Shown: positions 1-7,852, counted from the stretch's first letter. The stretch: DNA of 49,205 nucleotides from an uncultured Candidatus Berkelbacteria bacterium (GCA_903877885.1 CAIRFN010000003.1:1-49205), one strand, 5' to 3'. Translations and numbers: made by a program. The notes: generated from the sequence alone by a model not told the origin.

Positions 1-40
1 ATATATTCCTGTTCCTGTTGTATAATAGTTCTAACATCGT

Positions 41-1588
41 TCACGATGTTCCGCCAAATGAGATAGGACTTGCTTGCAAGTCCAAAATTGCTCTGTAAAA
101 TGGGCTAATTTGGGTGTTCGAATAGCCGTTTTTACCATATGGCATTCCGGAGGGGAATATCGAACACAAGAGTGTTTGAACCTGTTTAAGCTTTACATCT
201 GGCTCACTTTTCAACGAATCTTCAAACATTTTAGGTAGGTCTGTAAGCTTTGTTTCTACGAATTTATTGATCAATTCCAAATTATATTTCTCAAGAAGTT
301 CGTCGTTCTTGCTAAACTGTATACTCTTTATCTTTTCTTCCAACATACTATTTTGTTCTTTAAAGATCTCATCGGAGTAAATACCCGATAAATTCTTCTC
401 TATAAGCGCCTGACGCAACTCGTACTGCTTTTTTAAGTCGGTATCGGCTAGTTCCCGCCTTTCCTGCAAGTCGGCGGCTCTTTTAAAGTATGTCCGACGC
501 AGAAAGGCGTTAAACAATTTGGCGGCATTATCCTTTACGGAAAAGTCATGCAGCCATTTAACGGTATCGCCAATCAGTTTACTGGTGGTAACATTCGAGC
601 CGTTACATCGATGTCGACAAAAATAATAGCCGAAGTACTCACGTTTTCCTTTGCTTTTGCCGCCGGTGAAAGAAGTCCCGCATATTTTGCATTTAACAAG
701 TCGACGTAGCGGAAAATCAGGATTGTCTCGATGTCTGATAGCCAGCGGCCCCGATACGCTGTGGTTTCGACCGTCCAGAACAGCCTGAACCTGATAAAAA
801 AGTTCCTCAGTCACCATTGGCGGATGCTGGCCTCGAACTTCACGACCGTATTTTTTAGAAACGACATAACCGGCATAGAATTTATTGCGAAACATTCTGT
901 TGACCTGTTGCGGCAACATTCGTCCGCCTTTATGCCTTTGAGCCACACCCTGTTCGGTCAGGACATCAGCAATGTTTCTCAAGGTTTTAGTACCGGTCGC
1001 CATTAAATGCCATGAATCCTCTAGTTTATCAAAGGTTGCCGGATCTTTTGTCGTATAGCCGCTCTGATTGATATAACCCATAGTGACATAACTTGTCAGT
1101 CCGTTTAGGAATCTTGCTTTCAGGCCGTTTTTAGCGCGTTCACTGCGTATATCGTTATCCATCTGTGCAAATCCCGCCAGCATGGTTTCGACGAATTTTT
1201 CGGTCGGACTGTTGCCGGTCGGCTCGGTCGCTGAGATCAATTTGATATCGCATTCGGTCAATTTCCTTCTTATGATCAAATAATCGGAGGTTTGACGTGA
1301 AACGCGATCCAGTCGGTAGACGATGACTGAACCAATCTCCCGCTTGTGTTTTCGGCAATATTCCAGCATTTCAACCAATATCGGTCGCCCCGTGATCGTT
1401 TTGGCCGATCGCCCTTCCTCGCGGAAAACCTGTGTTACGGTCATTCCTCGACGCTCCGCTTCTTTGCGGCAGATGTCCTCTTGAGTCCCGAGCGAATAAT
1501 TTTCAACCTGTTCTTCGGTCGAGACGCGAATATAGACAATCGCTTTATCCGACCGCTGCTCGATTTTGCCCGTTGGTGTAAGTTCCAT
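41..1588 (-). CDS. Large serine recombinase (resolvase + recombinase + zinc-ribbon domains)
   Basis: N-terminal YIRVSTEEQ (catalytic Ser), IVYRLDRVSR, E..IRSERAKNG helix, GQHPPMV recombinase motif, CKICG...CRHRC zinc ribbon, C-terminal coiled coil. SD AAGGAGG upstream. Confidence 0.93.
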   Translation of the reverse strand: MELTPTGKIEQRSDKAIVYIRVSTEEQVENYSLGTQEDICRKEAERRGMTVTQVFREEGRSAKTITGRPILVEMLEYCRKHKREIGSVIVYRLDRVSRQTSDYLIIRRKLTECDIKLISATEPTGNSPTEKFVETMLAGFAQMDNDIRSERAKNGLKARFLNGLTSYVTMGYINQSGYTTKDPATFDKLEDSWHLMATGTKTLRNIADVLTEQGVAQRHKGGRMLPQQVNRMFRNKFYAGYVVSKKYGREVRGQHPPMVTEELFYQVQAVLDGRNHSVSGPLAIRHRDNPDFPLRRLVKCKICGTSFTGGKSKGKREYFGYYFCRHRCNGSNVTTSKLIGDTVKWLHDFSVKDNAAKLFNAFLRRTYFKRAADLQERRELADTDLKKQYELRQALIEKNLSGIYSDEIFKEQNSMLEEKIKSIQFSKNDELLEKYNLELINKFVETKLTDLPKMFEDSLKSEPDVKLKQVQTLLCSIFPSGMPYGKNGYSNTQISPFYRAILDLQASPISFGGTS

Positions 1589-1903
1589 TTAGCCCTCCTT
1601 TAATATTTCTTTTAATGTTTTGTTATCAAAAACCTGTTTCTCGTACTCGTCCAGCCATGAGTCGATCAGATATTGAAAGTTGGTTAAATAAACGTCCAAA
1701 TCTTCGTCCGATAAATCTTTAACATCGTCACCCATAATAAGCCGCGCTTTTTGAATCCGAGTTTCCTCCTGCTTGGCCGGAAAGATATGTTGCAAGGCGG
1801 TTTCAAATGTTTTTCCGTACTGCATTATCGGATTGATCGGTTTTTCTCTTTCGACAGAAAAATCGATAGAAGGCTTTGCTATTTGTGCCTTCGCAACAAA
1901 CAT
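1589..1903 (-). CDS. Small acidic hypothetical protein translationally coupled to the recombinase (possible directionality or accessory factor)
   Basis: Its TAA abuts the recombinase ATG (TAAATG) and the recombinase SD lies in its last codons. Start codon uncertain. Confidence 0.65.
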   Translation of the reverse strand: MFVAKAQIAKPSIDFSVEREKPINPIMQYGKTFETALQHIFPAKQEETRIQKARLIMGDDVKDLSDEDLDVYLTNFQYLIDSWLDEYEKQVFDNKTLKEILKEG

Positions 1904-1970
1904 GTCTTGCTGATCGATTAGCTGTAATTGAGCCGTCGTCGTATACCCTCCTTACTGTGGTTATAATCAT

Positions 1971-2000
1971 AGTTTACTATGGATATAACCATATTGTCAA
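1971..2000 (-). promoter_or_regulatory. Candidate sigma70 promoter for the small ORF-recombinase operon
   Basis: Minus strand TTGACA (2000-1995), 18 bp, TAAACT (1976-1971), followed by SD AAGGAGG (1953-1947). Confidence 0.45.
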
Positions 2001-2026
2001 GAGGCATTTTTTATCCATAAATCGTG

Positions 2027-2055
2027 TTGACAAGCTAAGAATTCGGGTGTTTAAT
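2027..2055 (+). promoter_or_regulatory. Candidate sigma70 promoter for the replication-relaxation gene
   Basis: TTGACA (2027-2032), 17 bp, TTTAAT (2050-2055); back-to-back with the leftward promoter. Confidence 0.6.
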
Positions 2056-2201
2056 TGTATCAGTGATCAGATACCAAAATATATCTCATTCAATCTTAAA
2101 ATGTAAATGTTTGTGTTACCTACCTTTACAAATAAAGGTTTGGTCGGTATAGGTAATAAAGGTAAATCGCAAATAAAATAAACTACTAACTTCAAAAAAC
2201 T

Positions 2202-3017
2202 ATGACAAACAAAATAACTCCAAAACAAAAACAAATACTCCAATATCTCTATAAATACAAATTCCTAGACAGAAAACAGATCCAACAATTCCTAGATCAC
2301 AAATACCACAAGAGAATCAACGACTGGCTCAAAGACCTAAATCAAAAAGAATATATCAATCGGATATACTCAAACAAATTCGGAGAAAATACCAAACCAG
2401 CAATATACTATCTAGCCTTAAATGGTATCAGGCATTTAAAAGAGCAAAATGAATATCCAATCGAAATACTCCGAAAATTTTACCGGCTCAAAGACCGCTC
2501 AAATGATTTTATCGAGAAGTGTATATTAATTGCTCAGATGGTCCTTGATCTGAAAACAGCCGCAGACAAGAGTCATGACAAGAAAGAGGAAAGTGAACTC
2601 TCGTACCTGATTGCTACCCCTGTGGACTTAGCTAATCCGGATTATCGTTTTAATTTTCTTACCGAGTACAAAGTCGATCTGGTTGTCAAAAGACTCAAAA
2701 CAAAGAAAAGTGGCAAACGAACAAACTCAACCTATTTTCTTTTAACGATTATTGCTCCAACTTTGCCGCGCTATTCGATCAGGCATCAAGTCAAAAAATT
2801 CATCGAACTCTATAATGGCTACGAGTGGGACGATATCAATGAAACCTTCCCTACGATCATGGTTATCTGTCCGACCATCGCTACCATGATTTATACCAAA
2901 CGGATGACGCGGAAACTTCTAGAGGACGAGGATAATCCGAAGGATCTTCATATCCAATTCGCCATGGTTGAGAAAGTCAAAGAATTTGGTGTTACCGGGG
3001 ATATCTGGGAAAAATAA
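2202..3017 (+). CDS. Replication-relaxation (Replic_Relax)-like protein with N-terminal winged HTH
   Basis: ITPKQKQILQYLYKYKFLDRKQIQQFL...RINDWLKDL...YINR...KPAIYYLALNG pattern, size and position next to a serine recombinase fit this family. Recognised by eye. Confidence 0.6.
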   Translation: MTNKITPKQKQILQYLYKYKFLDRKQIQQFLDHKYHKRINDWLKDLNQKEYINRIYSNKFGENTKPAIYYLALNGIRHLKEQNEYPIEILRKFYRLKDRSNDFIEKCILIAQMVLDLKTAADKSHDKKEESELSYLIATPVDLANPDYRFNFLTEYKVDLVVKRLKTKKSGKRTNSTYFLLTIIAPTLPRYSIRHQVKKFIELYNGYEWDDINETFPTIMVICPTIATMIYTKRMTRKLLEDEDNPKDLHIQFAMVEKVKEFGVTGDIWEK

Positions 3018-3092
3018 ACATTTAAATATGTATAGTTAAATCGCGAGTTATCAGTGCGAATCATAGTCAAGGAGTGGAATATCACAAACCCC

Positions 3093-3121
3093 TTGATTTA
3101 TTCTTCTGTTTGTGCTATAAT
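3093..3121 (+). promoter_or_regulatory. Strong sigma70 promoter for DGR target gene 1
   Basis: TTGATT (3093-3098), 17 bp, TATAAT (3116-3121), with extended -10 TG at 3113-3114. Confidence 0.75.
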
Positions 3122-3244
3122 CATTAGGTTTAGAACCTTAAATTTTATCTGGAGCAAGCGCCTTGTTAGCCATATAATATGGTAGATAGTGCGCTTGTTC
3201 CAAGCAAGGGACGGCCTGCTACGGCAGATCTTATATGAAGGAGG

Positions 3245-4147
3245 ATGATGACGATGTCAGGAACATTGATCACGTCCAGAGACCCCAAGGGCCTTCAGGC
3301 AACCTCTATCTTTGAGGCCGCCTATAATCAGGCTGAACTTGACGGAGATCGTGCACAACGTCTCAATGAGCATGGTGGTGAACTCAAAACCGGCATTCTG
3401 CAACTTATCCAAAAGCTGTCGATGTCGAACCAGTTCGCCAACGAGGAGACCAGCTCCAACTACACCTACCCGAAGGAGTATCACGGCCCGAAACCGATCG
3501 AGGAGCAGATCAAAGCAATTGCCGAGATCTTCGACCTCGATCCGGCCCAGGCGTTTGAATACGCCAAGACCCTGGCCAAACTCCCCGAAGGAGCCGAAGG
3601 ATGGTTTGCCATTCCGTCAGTCAACTCCCTGGCAGCCAAGCATTTCCCTGAAGTAACCGATCCGGCTGAAAAGTATTGCCGGGCAGCCCAACTCGTCATA
3701 GAGAAGCTCGCGGCCTCACGGAAGTTCTACAACTACCGTGAGGGCCAGATCGACCCGCAACATCTGCGGGTTCATTCCCGTACGGCTTATGCGCTCGATC
3801 TGATCGCCCAGGAACAAACGGGCGGCATCCTGATTATCGCAGGCCAACTGGGTATGCGCCATCGCGGCAAGTCCGTTCGTCGGTCACGCGAAGTCTTCGT
3901 GTCGAAGGAATTCGGTCTCGAGGCCGTTGCCGGCGGATCCATCGCCCTAACTCACCCCGAACGCTTCACGCGTTCCGAAGAGCTGGACATGGATTTGGCG
4001 GGTAATGAATGGAGCTGGCGCGCCGATGGCGTCTTCGGCGGCGCCCTGAGCCTCTACTTCAGCGGCGGCGGGGTCGAGCTGGGCACGAGCTACCTTGAGG
4101 ACGTGATTCAGTGCTTCGGTTCTGCTTCCGGCTTCCTCTCGCAGTAA
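3245..4147 (+). CDS. DGR target protein 1 (C-terminal variable region; probable start at ATG 3254)
   Basis: 3' end matches TR except at TR adenines. SD AGGAGG (3239-3244) is 9 nt from ATG 3254. Paralog of 4408..5313. Confidence 0.92.
   Translation: MMTMSGTLITSRDPKGLQATSIFEAAYNQAELDGDRAQRLNEHGGELKTGILQLIQKLSMSNQFANEETSSNYTYPKEYHGPKPIEEQIKAIAEIFDLDPAQAFEYAKTLAKLPEGAEGWFAIPSVNSLAAKHFPEVTDPAEKYCRAAQLVIEKLAASRKFYNYREGQIDPQHLRVHSRTAYALDLIAQEQTGGILIIAGQLGMRHRGKSVRRSREVFVSKEFGLEAVAGGSIALTHPERFTRSEELDMDLAGNEWSWRADGVFGGALSLYFSGGGVELGTSYLEDVIQCFGSASGFLSQ
4015..4141 (+). repeat. DGR variable repeat VR1
   Basis: 127-nt ungapped match to TR with 22 mismatches, all at TR adenines (18 A>G, 3 A>T, 1 A>C). 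Confidence 0.96.
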
Positions 4148-4210
4148 GCCGTGTCCCTTGTGTTTTAAATCCTTGAAACTTTTAGCAACTTACTACTTGT
4201 TACTTGGATT

Positions 4211-4261
4211 CCGCCGTAAGGCGGTCGACTTATATCCTGGGTTACCATATGGTAACCCAGG
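4211..4261 (+). promoter_or_regulatory. Post-VR1 hairpins (candidate DGR target-recognition cruciform plus palindrome or terminator)
   Basis: CCGCC-GTAA-GGCGG (4211-4224) then TCGAC; perfect 26-bp palindrome CCTGGGTTACCAT/ATGGTAACCCAGG (4236-4261). Confidence 0.7.
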
Positions 4262-4407
4262 TATCTTTACCCCTTACCCTGATTTTTTTCTTCATAATAA
4301 ATAATTAAACCGAAAAACTTTCTCTCCAGTTCTTAATTGTTTACCTTATAGGCAGACAGCTAAGACCTAGGGGATTAAACCCTGATGGTACTTTTACAAC
4401 AAAGGAG

Positions 4408-5313
4408 ATGGTTCCGATGTCGAAAACATTGGCCCCGTCAGTCACCACCCGAGACAAAAAAGGTCTCAAATTCATGTCCGTTGTGGACGCCGCCTATAAT
4501 AAGGCCGGTCTCTCTGAGGACGAAGCTCAACGTGTCAACGACACGCCTGGGCTTGGCAATTTGGTTTCTAAGTTCATTGCCGACAGTCGGTTTTCCGACA
4601 AGTACAAGAACGAAGAGACCGAGTCGTCCTGCGTCTATCCCTCCACATACAAAGGCCCCAAGCCGATCGAACAGCAGATCGCGGCAATTGCCGAAATCTA
4701 CGGTCTCGACCCGACCCAGGCGCTGGAATATGTGAAGAACCTGCCGGCATTGCCGGAAGGCGCCGAGGGTTGGTTCGCCGTTCCGTCCGACGAAGCGATC
4801 GCCAAGCTCTTCCCCGACATCGCCGACAAGGCCGAACTGTACTGCGCAATGCTGCGCCTGATTATCAGCAAGATTGCTGCTTCGCGGAAGTTCTACAACT
4901 ACCGCGAAGGCGAGATTGACACCAGGCATCTACGGCAGATCCAACGCACCGCCGAGATGCTGGCCAAAGCGGCCGAAACCCAGCCGGGCGATATCCTGAT
5001 CATCGCCGCCCAATTGGGGCTCCGCCATCGCGGTCGTTCGGTTCGCCGCGCCCGCGAGTGCTTCGTCGCCAACGAGTTCGGGCTTTGCCCCGTGATCGTC
5101 GGCACCATTGCACTGACCCACCCCGAGCGGTTTACAAATTCCAGTGAGCTGGATGTAGACTGCGCTGGCGGAGAGTGGAGCTGGAGCGCCGATGGCGTCT
5201 TCGACTACGCCCTGCTCCTCTTCTTCTACGACGGCGAGGTCAGGCTGGGCACGCGCGGCCTTGAGAGCGTGGATCAGGACTTCGGTTCTGCTTCCGGCTT
5301 CCTCTCGCAGTAA
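4408..5313 (+). CDS. DGR target protein 2 (probable start at ATG 4417)
   Basis: 3' end matches TR except at TR adenines. SD AAGGAG (4402-4407) is 9 nt from ATG 4417. Roughly half of residues identical to target 1 by eye. Confidence 0.92.
   Translation: MVPMSKTLAPSVTTRDKKGLKFMSVVDAAYNKAGLSEDEAQRVNDTPGLGNLVSKFIADSRFSDKYKNEETESSCVYPSTYKGPKPIEQQIAAIAEIYGLDPTQALEYVKNLPALPEGAEGWFAVPSDEAIAKLFPDIADKAELYCAMLRLIISKIAASRKFYNYREGEIDTRHLRQIQRTAEMLAKAAETQPGDILIIAAQLGLRHRGRSVRRARECFVANEFGLCPVIVGTIALTHPERFTNSSELDVDCAGGEWSWSADGVFDYALLLFFYDGEVRLGTRGLESVDQDFGSASGFLSQ
5181..5307 (+). repeat. DGR variable repeat VR2
   Basis: 127-nt ungapped match to TR with 20 mismatches, all at TR adenines (14 A>G, 4 A>T, 2 A>C). 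Confidence 0.96.
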
Positions 5314-5376
5314 GCCGTGTCCCTTGTTCTTTAATCCCTTGAAACTTTTGAATTCTTTTCTCTTGTTTCTTGGGTT

Positions 5377-5390
5377 CCCGCCTTGGCGGG
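5377..5390 (+). promoter_or_regulatory. Post-VR2 hairpin (candidate DGR target-recognition cruciform)
   Basis: CCCGC-CTTG-GCGGG then TCGAC, at the same distance from the stop codon as the VR1 hairpin. Confidence 0.7.
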
Positions 5391-5399
5391 TCGACATAC

Positions 5400-5434
5400 C
5401 CGGGCTATCCTTCAGTGGGTGGCCCGGCTTTTTT
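5400..5434 (+). terminator. Rho-independent terminator after target gene 2
   Basis: 11-bp stem CCGGGCTATCC/GGGTGGCCCGG (two G-U pairs), 6-nt loop, then CTTTTTT. Confidence 0.75.
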
Positions 5435-5721
5435 ATTGCTTTTAAATTCCCGAGTTGATATATTGCAGATGAAAGTAAGCTCATGAACAGACGTCTACGG
5501 ATTTCTGTCGCTGAAATCTCGAATCAAAACCAAGCCGGAATTCCAAAGGTTACGGCTGATGGAAGAGTGCTTATTTGAGGAGATACTGCTTGCTCTTATC
5601 TGGTGCGGGTGTCCGAATAATATCGGGCTGCTGCCAAATAAAATACAGGGATGGGAGTACATAATCCCTTTTGGGAAGTAAAACTCGATTTCCGGTGCCA
5701 AAAGATGGATAAGAGCATTTA

Positions 5722-5848
5722 CTGGAACGCCGATAGCGTCTTCGACAACGCCCTGAACCTCTACTTCAACGACGACAAGGTCAAGCTAGACACGAACAAC
5801 CTTGAGAACGTAAATCAGAACTTCGGTTCTGCTTCCGGCTTCCTCTCG
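5722..5848 (+). repeat. DGR template repeat (TR), presumably expressed as non-coding RNA
   Basis: 34 adenines, with 8 AAC and 1 AAT codons in the target frame. Last 28 nt are adenine-free and identical in both VRs. Lies between the targets and avd/RT. Confidence 0.96.
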
Positions 5849-5862
5849 AAGTCTCTCCTTTT

Positions 5863-5897
5863 AAAAAGACGTTTTACCAAACGTAAGGCGTCTTTTT
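5863..5897 (+). terminator. Hairpin or terminator at the 3' end of the TR RNA, overlapping the avd stop codon
   Basis: 15-bp stem AAAAAGACGTTTTAC/GTAAGGCGTCTTTTT with CAAAC loop. Two G-U pairs work only on the + strand. A-run before and T-run after. Confidence 0.65.
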
Positions 5898-6243
5898 ACT
5901 CTTTAGAAGCTTTAATCCAACCGCCCAACATGCGGCCGATTTCATCGATGTTGGATTCGAATATAGTATAGATTTTGAGATCGATTGCTTTAATATCTTT
6001 CATTAAGCGAACAAAAACTCGAAGCAAACTAATTTTCGAAGCGGTATCTTTTAGGACGGGTAATTTTTCTTCTTTTGACATCTGACTAGCCCTTAAGATA
6101 CCTTCGATAACCTCTAAAAGAGCATTTTCACTCTTTTGAAATAAAGTGTAGCGTTCCTGCTTAGGTATCTTGTTTCTGATCTCATGAAATTGTCGATACA
6201 GGTCGTAAGCCTTTTTAAAGATGGGAATGTCTAATTCTTGCAT
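5896..6243 (-). CDS. avd: DGR accessory variability determinant (Avd)-like four-helix-bundle protein
   Basis: 115 aa, helical, with IFKKAYDL...PKQERYTL...LLRVFVRL..D...EIGRMLGGW signature; sits between TR and RT. Confidence 0.85.
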   Translation of the reverse strand: MQELDIPIFKKAYDLYRQFHEIRNKIPKQERYTLFQKSENALLEVIEGILRASQMSKEEKLPVLKDTASKISLLRVFVRLMKDIKAIDLKIYTIFESNIDEIGRMLGGWIKASKE

Positions 6244-6257
6244 GGGAAACCTTTCGT

Positions 6258-7389
<1,132 letters not shown>

Positions 7390-7513
7390 TCAACCACAAA
7401 AAAAGCCCGAGAGTCCAAAAACTCCCAGGCCTTTTAATTAGTACTCACTTACAAACATCACTGTTAGCGATCCGAATCTATGAATATTTTGATATTTATG
7501 CTACAATCGGCTC

Positions 7514-7732
7514 ATGATTATCAAGAAAAATGAAAAAGTGAGAGTTGAGCTGGGCGACAAACTCCGCAAAGCCAGAGAGAAAGCCGGAATGACTCAGGCG
7601 GAAGTTGCTGATCAGGCGGAAATCAATGTCAGCTACTACGCCCAGATCGAACGGGGCGAGGTTAATGTTTCTTTTGATAAACTTCAGAGCATTATAAAAG
7701 TGCTAAAGATCAAATCTTTAGATATTGTTTAG
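7514..7732 (+). CDS. XRE/Cro-C1 family helix-turn-helix transcriptional regulator
   Basis: LGDKLRKAREKAGMTQAEVADQAEINVSYYAQIERGEVNVS is a canonical HTH_3 pattern; 72 aa. Confidence 0.9.
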   Translation: MIIKKNEKVRVELGDKLRKAREKAGMTQAEVADQAEINVSYYAQIERGEVNVSFDKLQSIIKVLKIKSLDIV

Positions 7733-7824
7733 CTCAATCAGGAGCTGTCACTCCCGTCGAATACTTGCCTTAACCGGTCAAGCCAGGCTAAAAGGTGTTC
7801 GAAACAAAGTGCATCCAGCCCGCC

Positions 7825-7852
7825 AAAAAAAATCGCCTTCGGGCGTTTTTTT
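7825..7852 (+). terminator. Bidirectional rho-independent terminator
   Basis: A8, then CGCC-TTCG-GGCG (C(UUCG)G tetraloop), then T7. Confidence 0.8.

Noticed and set aside
731-5484. Overlapping alternative-frame ORFs (731..1006, 1155..1358, 1346..1603, 1876..2106, 3257..3699, 4385..5484 and similar)
   Set aside because: Shadow ORFs of real genes, favoured by the high GC of the target genes; no motifs or ribosome-binding sites.
5651-5971. 106-aa ORF resembling the target C-termini
   Set aside because: It is the template repeat read in the target frame (Asn-rich AAC codons, stop-free by design). It has no SD and overlaps avd in antisense.
5896-6243. 23S rRNA intervening-sequence protein
   Set aside because: Same four-helix fold family, but there is no rRNA context; its position between TR and RT indicates Avd.
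7741-7825. tRNA or tmRNA gene
   Set aside because: The GTTCGAAA word has only a 2-bp T-stem, its spacing to CCGCCA is too long, and no cloverleaf or tmRNA acceptor pairing forms on either strand.
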